DNA from: Prochlorococcus marinus str. NATL2A
Lineage (GTDB): Bacteria; Cyanobacteriota; Cyanobacteriia; PCC-6307; Cyanobiaceae
Direction of reading: 5' to 3'
Length of the DNA stretch: 32,000 bases
Assembly (NCBI RefSeq): GCF_000012465.1
Contig: NC_007335.2
Location: forward strand, 1,810,900 to 1,842,899
Position numbers and translations under genes: made by a program. Position 1 is the stretch's first letter; each line of letters opens with the position of its first letter. The notes under the pieces were generated by a model that was not told the DNA's origin, did no database searches, and saw only the letters and a list, made by a program, of their open reading frames with translations. This document shows positions 19,194-28,265 of this stretch, piece by piece.

Positions 19194-19400
19194 TTAAATT
19201 GAAGGATTTAAAGAAAAAGATCTCTTAAGCAAAAAATAAATTAAAAGAAAAAGAGAAGGACCAAAGACCAACAACCATACTAAAAAATGGTTTATATGAA
19301 AGGGATTAGGATGAACAATGCCTGCAGCACGAAGAGAAATACTTACTAAGAGAGCTATTACCCAAGTAAAAGACATCAATATCAGCTTTGAAGTCAGCAT
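19194..19400 (-). CDS. Hypothetical small membrane protein (68 aa, 2 predicted TM spans)
   Basis: It has an ATG start and two clear hydrophobic spans. Its A/T-rich third codon positions are consistent with neighbouring genes. No recognisable family. Confidence 0.4.
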   Translation of the reverse strand: MLTSKLILMSFTWVIALLVSISLRAAGIVHPNPFHINHFLVWLLVFGPSLFLLIYFLLKRSFSLNPSI

Positions 19401-19419
19401 AAAGATTAGAAAATTAATC

Positions 19420-19433
19420 CATAATGCATTATG
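19420..19433. promoter_or_regulatory. Perfect 14-bp palindrome CATAATGCATTATG in a divergent intergenic region
   Basis: The sequence is self-complementary when read directly. It lies between the divergent starts at 19400 (-) and 19459 (+). It is a candidate operator, but its function is unknown. Confidence 0.3.
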
Positions 19434-19458
19434 TTAATTCATCGATCATAATATTGAT

Positions 19459-19734
19459 ATGAGCGATCTAGAAAAAATCAATTTATCTGATTTAGACGGT
19501 ATTAACCCCGCGCTAACTAGATATGGTAGACAAGAACCTGCTCCTGTTCTACCACTAAGAGAAGAACCCGATTTATTATCTTGGCTAGAAACAAGTGGAA
19601 GATTAGTGTCTGATCAAGATTCAAATGATCAAGAAATAAGTACAGTTGAAGAAGAAGAACTTTCAGCTTTAATGGGAGAAAAAGAAGACTATAAGGCTGA
19701 AGAAGAACCAAGCGATGAAGAATGGGAAGATTAA
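19459..19734 (+). CDS. Small acidic conserved hypothetical protein (cyanobacterial DUF3134-like)
   Basis: 91 aa. The N-terminal pattern INPALTRYGRQEPAPVLPLREEPDLLSWLETSGRL resembles a small cyanobacteria-restricted family, and the C-terminus is very acidic. The family name is recalled, not verified. Confidence 0.55.
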   Translation: MSDLEKINLSDLDGINPALTRYGRQEPAPVLPLREEPDLLSWLETSGRLVSDQDSNDQEISTVEEEELSALMGEKEDYKAEEEPSDEEWED

Positions 19735-19750
19735 TTTACTAGCTTAAATT

Positions 19751-20866
19751 TTGAAAAAATCTAATAAGCTTTTAGATAACAAAAAACTATCATTTTATAA
19801 TAGTGTTAATAATCATATATTAGTTTTATTTGGATTAATATCAATTACTTGTGTCTTTTCTGATTTTTATTATAAAACTAGCAATTTAACTATTCCCTTT
19901 ATAATTACAACGCTTGTATCATCAATTATTACTTTTATTGGTATACCTAAGTTAAAAAAGATAAAGATTAAACAAATCATTAGAGATGAAGGACCGAAAA
20001 ATCATTTTCTTAAGCAAGGAACTCCAACAATGGGTGGAATTTTCTTTATACCCATTGGAATAATAGTAAGCAACATTTTATATTTCAACCAAGAGAATTA
20101 TAATATTATTTTGACTTTAAGCTTTGTTATTATATTTTTTATGTTTATTGGTTTTATAGACGATTTTCTAAGTTTAAAAAAAAAATTAAATACTGGTCTA
20201 AGCTCTAACCAAAAAATACTTTTACAATCTTTGATCAGTCTCATTTTTATTCTTATTTGTGCATCTAATAATTTAATACCTCAAAATATACAAATAGCTA
20301 ATAAAGTATTTAATATAGGAAATTTAATTTATCCTTTAGGAATATTTGTATTATTAGCCGAAAGTAATTCAACGAATTTGACGGATGGTTTAGATGGTTT
20401 ATTGAGTGGCTGTAGCGTATTAATTTTCACAGGTCTAGCTATCAGTATTTTAATTGAAAATCCAAGTAATAATTCTACACTCGCTCCTCTCTGCATAGCA
20501 ATGGCTGGAGCTTGTATGGGATTTCTTTTTCTAAACAAATATCCTGCAAAATTATTTATGGGAGATTCAGGTTCCTTAGCTATAGGAGCATCCCTAGGTG
20601 GTATAGCTTTAATATCAAATCATCTTTGGTCTCTTCTAATTATGGGGGGAATACTTGCCGCAGAATCTATCTCAGTAATAATTCAAGTAAGTATTTTTAA
20701 AATTTCTAAACGAGTAAAGGGAAAGGGTCATAAATTATTTTTAATGACTCCGTTACATCATCATTTTGAACTTAAAGGTAACAATGAGAGTTTAATTGTA
20801 AGTAGCTTTTGGTTAATTACATTATTCTTAGTCATAATAAATCTAATTTTTTTGATTAAATCTTAA
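19751..20866 (+). CDS. mraY: Phospho-N-acetylmuramoyl-pentapeptide transferase
   Basis: The motifs GTPTMGG, NLTDGLDGL, MGDSGSLAIG and PLHHHFE are present. TTG is the only plausible start, because no in-frame ATG precedes the first conserved block. Confidence 0.93.
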   Translation: MKKSNKLLDNKKLSFYNSVNNHILVLFGLISITCVFSDFYYKTSNLTIPFIITTLVSSIITFIGIPKLKKIKIKQIIRDEGPKNHFLKQGTPTMGGIFFIPIGIIVSNILYFNQENYNIILTLSFVIIFFMFIGFIDDFLSLKKKLNTGLSSNQKILLQSLISLIFILICASNNLIPQNIQIANKVFNIGNLIYPLGIFVLLAESNSTNLTDGLDGLLSGCSVLIFTGLAISILIENPSNNSTLAPLCIAMAGACMGFLFLNKYPAKLFMGDSGSLAIGASLGGIALISNHLWSLLIMGGILAAESISVIIQVSIFKISKRVKGKGHKLFLMTPLHHHFELKGNNESLIVSSFWLITLFLVIINLIFLIKS

Positions 20867-20883
20867 CTCTTTAAATTGAAAAG

Positions 20884-21135
20884 ATGACCTATTTTACTTG
20901 GAAAGAAGAAGGACTAACTCAAGACTGTGAAACTTTAGATTCTATGGCCGCTAGATTTGAAGAATCTGCAAGACTTATGAGAAAAATGTCAGCAGAGGGT
21001 TTTAAAGTAGAAAAAAGAAATAAACGGCAGATAATCACCCATATCGATTCAAAAGTTTTTAATGATTGGGGATTTGTTAGTGAGGAGCCACCATATCAAC
21101 AACTTACAATGATACTTGAAGAAGAAATAAAATAA
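20884..21135 (+). CDS. Hypothetical protein (83 aa, soluble)
   Basis: ATG-initiated ORF 17 nt after mraY with non-repetitive composition. No family recognised. Confidence 0.5.
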   Translation: MTYFTWKEEGLTQDCETLDSMAARFEESARLMRKMSAEGFKVEKRNKRQIITHIDSKVFNDWGFVSEEPPYQQLTMILEEEIK

Positions 21136-21177
21136 AATTTACTTTTTTATTGTCAAAATATAACTACTTAAAACCAT

Positions 21178-21203
21178 GCCAATAGTGAAAATTAATGGCT
21201 TTT
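21178..21203 (+). terminator. Weak candidate intrinsic terminator between convergent genes
   Basis: The stem is GCCAATA (21178..21184) / TAATGGC (21193..21199), 6 of 7 pairs, with an 8-nt loop followed by TTTT. The 3' arm overlaps the sps stop codon. The stem is short and A/T-rich. Confidence 0.25.
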
Positions 21204-23330
21204 AAAAAATCGAAAATGCTTTATGCCATCTAAAACACCATCTTGAGCATCAGAAAAGAAAACCCTTTGTTGAGATCTCAATGCGTCTAAAGATGAATCG
21301 TGGTCAAACGGGATAAGAGCGGTGGTTAAACCCCTTACCAACTCAGCATCGCCTTGCTGACTTGCTACTACGAAAACTTTTTCTAAAGATAACCCCCAAC
21401 GTAAAGTCAAGTATCTAATAGCTTCTGCTCGTGATGCTCGCAAAGGAACAACATCTAAATACCAATGACATTTTAGGTGAGGAGAAGCAGCAAGTCCGGA
21501 CTGCCTAAGTCTTTTTCGTACCAAAGGTAAAATGGCATGACTAGGTTCTTTTAATAAATAACTAACCTTATAAGGAGCTTGGTGATCAGATGGTTGAAGC
21601 TCTAAGTAATCTTTTAAATCAAACAAAACTTTTTCTACACCTTTACGATTCCAATCAACAGTAATTGAATCTTGCCAAAAAATATCTGATTTATTTTCCT
21701 CAGAATAATAAATTTCAGTACCAGCTTGACATACCCAAACAGAAGGTTTGGGTAGCTGTGTTTCTGCATATCTATAACGAGCAGCTTTAATAGATCTTCC
21801 AGTTAAAATTCCCAATTGGATATCCTGATTCAATGAATTATTTTCTAACTTGTTTCTCAATATTGATAAGGATTTTGATTGCTCAAGGTAATTATCTAAG
21901 TCAAAAAATAATATTTTTTGACCGATAGGAGTGATTTCTTTAATATTTCCAAGTGTCCAGTGTCGAGGTGCAAGAAATTTGAGACGCTTCTGCATAAATG
22001 CAATGTAATTACAAACATGAGCATCCCAGCTAAAATGTCTACTTACTCCCTCAACGCCATTGTTACTCCAAGTTTTCCATAAAGAAAGGTTTGAACCAGC
22101 TGTCTCTAAACCATCTCTAAACGCTTCTAAATCAGTTACATCTACTAGTAAACCATTTTCACAACGAGAATGGATCTCCCTTGGGCCTCCATCATCAGTA
22201 GTCACCATAGGCAAACCACACGCAGCAGCTTCCAATAATGTCAATCCAAATGGCTCGGTTAAAGCGGGGTTAACAAATAGTCCGCCTCTATTTGCAGCCC
22301 AACGATAAATTGATGGGATTTGCTCTCTTTTATGCTGTTTTGGAAAAGCAATTTTTCCATATAAATTATATTTATCAACCAATTCAAAAACTTGCTGAAA
22401 TACTTCTCTTTGCTGTTTCTCAAGCTGACGAGAATCTTCACGACAACCTAAAATCAAAATAAGATTATGTCTTTGCTGCAAAATTGACGAACGTCCATAA
22501 GTCTCAATTAAGGCTGGAATATTTTTTCTCCTTACTGCCCTTGATATAGCTAAGAGTGGTGGAAGATTTAAATCTCTCAAAAAAGGTTTAAAAAGCTTGT
22601 TTAATTCTTTTTCCTCATCCTTTGAATTAATATCTACTGGGTGAAAGCGATTTAAATCAACACCAGGTGGAATTATTTCTACGTTTTTTGAGCTAAATCG
22701 TCCATAACGAGCGTACTGTTCATCAGATTCCTGCTTAGTGCTTGTGATAAGTAAATTTGAATGTGCTAAAGCTAATTCCTCTGCATCAATTCTTTTGCTA
22801 ATTGAATAAGTTTGCTCTATATGATCATGATCAATTCCAGCAGCCAATAATCTTCTCAGTTTTTCACGGCCCAATGAATGGCCCGTAAAAACTAATGGTA
22901 ATCCTAATCTTCGACTAACCAATGCTCCTACATAACCAGCATCGGCATAATGAGCATGAATCCAATCAGGGAATTTATTTTCTTTTTGCAATCTTTCAAC
23001 TATGCGATCAGCTAAATCATCTAAGTAAGGCCATAACAACTCCTTCCTTACATAACGCTTTGGACCAAAAGGCAATCGAATAATTTCAGCACAACTTGAT
23101 ATCTTTTCAACAGGATTCGAGTAGTCAGAAGATACTTTCCTATCATTAATTAATCTTGTAATAAGTTCGACTTTTTCAACTTCTGGTCTTGCTGCAAGTC
23201 CTTTTACTAATTCTAAAACATATAAAGTTTGTCCTCCAGTATCTGAGTCTCTACCTAACTCAAGATCATGTGAACGGATTAAACCATGCAAATTTAAATG
23301 TAAAAGTCTTAGCCCCAAGCAAAACCTCAA
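21192..23330 (-). CDS. sps: Sucrose-phosphate synthase (GT-B glycosyltransferase) fused to an SPP-like HAD domain
   Basis: The N-terminus HGLIRSHDLELGRDSDTGGQ..YV.EL and the block EPFGLTLLEAAACGLPMVTTDDGGPREI are SPS/GT4 hallmarks. C-terminal residues ~470-712 are collinear with sucrose-phosphate phosphatase (FDLDNY, LTGRS). The start is TTG at 23330 or 23318, with no in-frame ATG. Confidence 0.9.
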   Translation of the reverse strand: MRFCLGLRLLHLNLHGLIRSHDLELGRDSDTGGQTLYVLELVKGLAARPEVEKVELITRLINDRKVSSDYSNPVEKISSCAEIIRLPFGPKRYVRKELLWPYLDDLADRIVERLQKENKFPDWIHAHYADAGYVGALVSRRLGLPLVFTGHSLGREKLRRLLAAGIDHDHIEQTYSISKRIDAEELALAHSNLLITSTKQESDEQYARYGRFSSKNVEIIPPGVDLNRFHPVDINSKDEEKELNKLFKPFLRDLNLPPLLAISRAVRRKNIPALIETYGRSSILQQRHNLILILGCREDSRQLEKQQREVFQQVFELVDKYNLYGKIAFPKQHKREQIPSIYRWAANRGGLFVNPALTEPFGLTLLEAAACGLPMVTTDDGGPREIHSRCENGLLVDVTDLEAFRDGLETAGSNLSLWKTWSNNGVEGVSRHFSWDAHVCNYIAFMQKRLKFLAPRHWTLGNIKEITPIGQKILFFDLDNYLEQSKSLSILRNKLENNSLNQDIQLGILTGRSIKAARYRYAETQLPKPSVWVCQAGTEIYYSEENKSDIFWQDSITVDWNRKGVEKVLFDLKDYLELQPSDHQAPYKVSYLLKEPSHAILPLVRKRLRQSGLAASPHLKCHWYLDVVPLRASRAEAIRYLTLRWGLSLEKVFVVASQQGDAELVRGLTTALIPFDHDSSLDALRSQQRVFFSDAQDGVLDGIKHFRFFKSH

Positions 23331-23517
23331 TAAGATATTCTGGATTCTTAATTCATTTATTACTCATTAAATCTAAAGAAAGTATAAAAATAAACTTATA
23401 AGTAATTAAGTTTTTTAATATTCTGTCTATCACTTGATATTTAGAGTTTTAAAAATTGAAAGAATCAAAAAGCAATATTTAATATTAAGGAATGTGTACA
23501 AAAATGAAAAAATTAAA

Positions 23518-26460
23518 CTATCTAGAAGAGTGCATTTCTAAAACTTTTTTTAAATAATCACCTGTATGACTATTTTTATTTGTTGCCACTTCTTCAGGAG
23601 TTCCCATAGCAATAATCTCTCCTCCTCTATTACCTCCTTCAGGGCCCATATCAATAATCCAATCTGAACACCTAATAACATCTAAATTATGCTCGATAAC
23701 AATAATTGAGTTCCCTTTGTCTACCAATCTCTGAATAACATCCATTAATTTATGAACGTCATAAAAACTTAACCCAGTTGTAGGCTCATCGATTAAATAA
23801 AGAGTTTTACCAGTAGCTCTTCTAGATAGCTCAGTGGCAAGTTTTACTCTTTGAGCTTCTCCTCCAGATAGTGTTGGAGCAGGTTGACCAAGTTTAATAT
23901 ATCCAAGCCCAACATCTAAAAGCGTCCTTAATCGATCTGCAGCTTGAGGTATAGCAGAAAAAACATCAACTGCTTGCTCGACAGTCATTTCTAAGACATC
24001 GGAAATAGAATAGTTTTTATATTTGACTTGTAATGTCTCGCGATTAAATCGAGCTCCTTTACATACATCACATTGAACATACACATCAGGAAGAAAATTC
24101 ATCTCAATTACATTTACACCTTGACCACGACATGCTTCGCATCTTCCACCTTTAACGTTAAAACTAAATTGACCTGCTTGATATCCTCTGGCTTTTGCTT
24201 CAACAGAGGTTGCAAAAAGTTGGCGTATAGGATCAAATGCACCTGTATAAGTAGCAGTATTAGATCTTGGGGTTCTACCAATTGGAGATTGATCAATAAC
24301 AATAACTTTATCAATAGATTTAATACCTTTCAGTTCTTTTAATCCTTTTGGAAAAGGAACTTTCAAGCCTAGAGAGTGATTTAAAGCAGGATGAAGTAAT
24401 TCATTTATCAGAGTACTTTTACCACTTCCACTTACTCCAGTAACAGCAACTAATCTGCCTAATGGAAAATCAACTGAAACATTTTTTAAATTATTTTTAT
24501 TACAATCAATCAAACGTAATTTTCTTTGTACTGAATCTCTCCTGCTAGTAGGAGTAGGAATAGATGAGCGCCCGCTAAGATAAGCACCCGTCAATGATTT
24601 TTTTGCTGTCAACAAATTATCCAAAGATCCTTGAGCTATAATTTCACCTCCATGCACACCTGCACCAGGTCCAATGTCTACCAAATGATCAGCTGATCTT
24701 ATCGTGTCTTCATCATGTTCTACAACCACCAAAGTATTACCTAGATCACGTAGCTTTTTTAATGTAGACAATAATCGATCATTATCTCTTTGATGTAGTC
24801 CAATACTAGGTTCATCTAACACATAAAGAACTCCTGTTAAACCAGCACCTATTTGCGTAGCAAGGCGTATTCTTTGAGCTTCCCCCCCAGATAAAGTCAT
24901 TGCGGGCCTATCTAAAGTTAAATAATCAAGTCCAACATCTAACAGAAATTGAAGCCGTAATCGAATTTCTTTGAGGACTAATTCCCCAATCTTCTTTTGT
25001 TTATTAGAAAGTAATTGCTTTGAATTATTAGTTGTTTCTAAACCCATTAATTCTTCAACATTCTCAAGAGTGGTAGAAACACTTGATGAAGTGAGATCAG
25101 TTATGGCAAAAGGCCCAAGCTTTACAGCAAGTGCTTCCGGACGTAACCTCTTACCATGACAGCTTGCACATGGAACTAGTTCAAGGTATTTCTCTAACTT
25201 TTGGCGAACAGCTTCTCCGTTCGCATCCTGTAATTGTCTTTCTAAAATAGGTAAAATACCTTCAAAAGGTCTTTTAAATCCCGAATCTTGCTTATATCTA
25301 CTATCTACTTTTATTAAAATAGGTTCCTTACTACCATTTAACAAAATATTTTTTTGCTCCTCTTTTAAATCTTTCCAAGGAGTTTTTATTTCAAAACCAA
25401 ATGCCTCGCCAACTGAAAATAATAATGAAAAATAATATGAATTATCTTTATCACTCCAGGGTGCAACAGCAGCATAAACCGGTAAAGATGGGTCAGGTAC
25501 AACCCTCTCACAAGTAAATTTTTTCAAATGACCTAAACCATGACAATCAGGACAAGCTCCATATGGGCTGTTAAATGAAAATAATCTTGGAGATAATTCC
25601 TCAATTACCGCCCCATGAACTGGACAAGCGAAATTCTCAGAAAATAATCTTTCTTTTTCAATACCTTTAGGAAGTTCTTCGTTCTTTTTAGGGACTACTT
25701 CAACGATTGCTAAACCATCTCCCCTTTTCAAAGTAGTGCTTAATGAATCAGTTAATCTCTCTTCGATACCCTCTCTCGCAATCAATCTATCAACCACTAC
25801 TTCAATAGAATGAACTTGATTTTTATCTAATTCAATATTATCTGCCAACTCTCTCACTTCTTTATTAATTCTTACTCGAACAAACCCTTCTGCAGCAAGT
25901 CCAGATAATAATTTTGAGTGTGTTCCCTTTTTACCTCTGACGACTGGTGCAAGTAATTGATATCTAGATCCTTCGGGAAGAGTCTTAATTTGATCAACCA
26001 TCTCATCTATACTTTGGGGCTTAATTGGCCTAGAGCACTCAGGGCAATGAGGTTCCCCGGCTCTTCCAAAAAGCAAACGAAAATAATCTTGTATCTCCGT
26101 AACTGTTCCAACTGTTGAACGCGGATTATGACTTGTTGATTTTTGATCAATTGAAATTGCTGGTGATAAACCTTCAATTGAATCAACGTCTGGTTTATCA
26201 ACCTGACCTAAAAATTGCCTTGCATAAGCAGACAAACTCTCCACATAACGTCTTTGCCCTTCAGCAAAAATAGTATCAAAAGCTAAAGAACTTTTACCAC
26301 TTCCACTAACACCTGTAAAAACAACCAATTGATTTCTTGGAATAGATAAATCAACGTTTTTTAAATTATGTTGCCTTGCACCACGAATAGTTATGACATC
26401 TTCGCTAGAAGAACCATTATTTAATGCATTTTTTTTTGAATTAGGTTTCGGACTTCCCAT
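23518..26460 (-). CDS. uvrA: Excinuclease ABC subunit A
   Basis: 980 aa. It has two ABC ATPase modules (GVSGSGKSSLAF; GVSGSGKSTLI; two LSGGEAQR signatures) and zinc-finger Cys clusters (CPECSRP, CPDCHGLG, CEACRGQG..CDVCKG). Confidence 0.97.
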   Translation of the reverse strand: MGSPKPNSKKNALNNGSSSEDVITIRGARQHNLKNVDLSIPRNQLVVFTGVSGSGKSSLAFDTIFAEGQRRYVESLSAYARQFLGQVDKPDVDSIEGLSPAISIDQKSTSHNPRSTVGTVTEIQDYFRLLFGRAGEPHCPECSRPIKPQSIDEMVDQIKTLPEGSRYQLLAPVVRGKKGTHSKLLSGLAAEGFVRVRINKEVRELADNIELDKNQVHSIEVVVDRLIAREGIEERLTDSLSTTLKRGDGLAIVEVVPKKNEELPKGIEKERLFSENFACPVHGAVIEELSPRLFSFNSPYGACPDCHGLGHLKKFTCERVVPDPSLPVYAAVAPWSDKDNSYYFSLLFSVGEAFGFEIKTPWKDLKEEQKNILLNGSKEPILIKVDSRYKQDSGFKRPFEGILPILERQLQDANGEAVRQKLEKYLELVPCASCHGKRLRPEALAVKLGPFAITDLTSSSVSTTLENVEELMGLETTNNSKQLLSNKQKKIGELVLKEIRLRLQFLLDVGLDYLTLDRPAMTLSGGEAQRIRLATQIGAGLTGVLYVLDEPSIGLHQRDNDRLLSTLKKLRDLGNTLVVVEHDEDTIRSADHLVDIGPGAGVHGGEIIAQGSLDNLLTAKKSLTGAYLSGRSSIPTPTSRRDSVQRKLRLIDCNKNNLKNVSVDFPLGRLVAVTGVSGSGKSTLINELLHPALNHSLGLKVPFPKGLKELKGIKSIDKVIVIDQSPIGRTPRSNTATYTGAFDPIRQLFATSVEAKARGYQAGQFSFNVKGGRCEACRGQGVNVIEMNFLPDVYVQCDVCKGARFNRETLQVKYKNYSISDVLEMTVEQAVDVFSAIPQAADRLRTLLDVGLGYIKLGQPAPTLSGGEAQRVKLATELSRRATGKTLYLIDEPTTGLSFYDVHKLMDVIQRLVDKGNSIIVIEHNLDVIRCSDWIIDMGPEGGNRGGEIIAMGTPEEVATNKNSHTGDYLKKVLEMHSSR

Positions 26461-26504
26461 TAGGGAAAAATACTAATGGTTAATTATATAAAAAGATATG
26501 CTCA

Positions 26505-28190
26505 TCATGCAGCCTTATGTTCCAGCAAGCTCGCCGCATAAGCATTCGCTTCTACAATTTCACCGCCAGCCAATAAAGCCAATTCCCTTTGCCTATCTGA
26601 GATTTCCCTTAAATTAATAAAATCAGACTTTGTGTGACCAGAGATAACACTCTTTTTTAAAGCAAAATGATTATCAGCAAATGCTGCAATTAAAGGTTGA
26701 TGAGTCACGCAAAAAACTTGACGATGATTTGCTAATTCACAAAGCAAATTAGCTACGTAACTACTAATTGATCCACTAACACCCGAATCAATTTCATCAA
26801 AAATCAATAAATTGCAATTTTCAAATGTAGAAAATATTGCCTTTATTGCAAGAAGAACCCTAGACTTCTCTCCACCAGAGGCTGTTTCAGCAAGAGACGC
26901 TAAAGGGATACCTGGATTTGCTGAAAACATAAAGTTGACTTTATCAATACCATTGATTGTTGGTTCACATTCTTCAAAGACGACTTTAAAGCGAACATTA
27001 GGAATACCTAATTTTTTTAAGCTAATAATCAATTTTTCTTCAAGTTGTGAAGCAATATTTTTTCTTATAACTGATAAATCTTTATTAGATTTGTCTCTTA
27101 TAGTTCTTTTTTTATTTTCATCAGAAGAGTACTCATTAATGCTATTAGAACTTTCTTGCAGAGATAAAGAATTGAATAACTCATTTTTATACTGAATAAG
27201 ATCTGATATATTTCTTTGATATTTTTTTTGATAAAATTTGAGAGTAGATAATCTAACTTGCAAATCATTTAAAAAAGACGGATCAATATCTAATGTTTTT
27301 TCGTAATCATTAATTTGATAAATTAAATCATTAAGATTATTAGTTATTGTATAAAAAGACTCAGAAATAGGTTCTAAAGAAGAATCAATTTGAGAAAGAC
27401 TCTTTAATTCATTAATACAGAAATCAGCATGGTCTAAAATAGATGGGTACTCATCTAAACTTTCATTTAAACGAGTTAATAATGATTTAACGCCTTCTTT
27501 TAATCTTAGAATATTGGATAAACGATTCTGATCAGTCTCTAACTTAATTTGTTCGTTAGGATCTTCTAATTCTAATTTATCTAAGTCTTGATATATGTAT
27601 TTCATTTCCTCAAACTCTTTTTTGGAATTCATAGTTCTAACTCGCGCTTCCTCTAATCTAAAATTAGAGTCATTCCATATATTCCAATTTTGCTTTACCT
27701 TAGTAATCGATTCCTTAATTAAATTTAGACCTAAAGAATCTAATAAACTTAATTGATGTAATGAATTATTTAAAATATAGGTATCACCTTGTAGAGTAAA
27801 ATCTAATAAAAGGGATCTCAATTCTGATATTTGATCTCTATTAACTATTACGCCATTAATTCTAAATCTAGATTTATATTTATTTTCCTTTAAACGCCAT
27901 TCCCTTGTCACAATTAATTCTTCATCAATGTCCAATTCTTGATTAATTAGCCAATTTTTTGTGTTTTGGAGTACAGAAAAAACCCCCTCAATTGATGAAC
28001 AGAGAGAACCTTCGGCAACTAATCGATTATCTAGAGGAGTTTTTTTATTAGCTAATAAAGCATTTAAGGTATCAATAAATATTGATTTACCTGAGCCAGT
28101 TTGCCCAGTAAAAGCAGTAAACCCCTTTTCAAAGTCAATCTCTGTATTCCCAAATAGAGCTATATTTTGAAAGCGAAGACTGTTTAACAT
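26505..28190 (-). CDS. recN: DNA repair protein RecN
   Basis: 561 aa. It has the SMC-like N-terminal Walker A (FTGQTGSGKSI), a long central coiled coil, and the C-terminal signature and Walker B (ASGGEKSRVLLAIK...LLIFDEIDSGVSG). Confidence 0.93.
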   Translation of the reverse strand: MLNSLRFQNIALFGNTEIDFEKGFTAFTGQTGSGKSIFIDTLNALLANKKTPLDNRLVAEGSLCSSIEGVFSVLQNTKNWLINQELDIDEELIVTREWRLKENKYKSRFRINGVIVNRDQISELRSLLLDFTLQGDTYILNNSLHQLSLLDSLGLNLIKESITKVKQNWNIWNDSNFRLEEARVRTMNSKKEFEEMKYIYQDLDKLELEDPNEQIKLETDQNRLSNILRLKEGVKSLLTRLNESLDEYPSILDHADFCINELKSLSQIDSSLEPISESFYTITNNLNDLIYQINDYEKTLDIDPSFLNDLQVRLSTLKFYQKKYQRNISDLIQYKNELFNSLSLQESSNSINEYSSDENKKRTIRDKSNKDLSVIRKNIASQLEEKLIISLKKLGIPNVRFKVVFEECEPTINGIDKVNFMFSANPGIPLASLAETASGGEKSRVLLAIKAIFSTFENCNLLIFDEIDSGVSGSISSYVANLLCELANHRQVFCVTHQPLIAAFADNHFALKKSVISGHTKSDFINLREISDRQRELALLAGGEIVEANAYAASLLEHKAA

Positions 28191-28265
28191 GAATCAAAGC
28201 AACCAAAAAGACGCAAACTGAGAGTAAAATGAATTAGAAGAGAGGTAGAACTTTGCCATAATAAA

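Noticed and set aside
23474-23486. AATATTTAATATT palindromic/direct repeat in the uvrA-sps spacer.
   Set aside because: It is a pure A/T low-complexity sequence, expected by chance at this composition.
26461-26504. I searched for LexA/SOS boxes (cyanobacterial RGTAC-N3-DGTWC type) upstream of uvrA, and upstream of recN at 28191..28265.
   Set aside because: No GTAC-containing dyad occurs in either spacer. There is only a TATAAT hexamer (complement of 26483..26488) with no convincing -35. There is no sequence evidence for SOS control of these genes.
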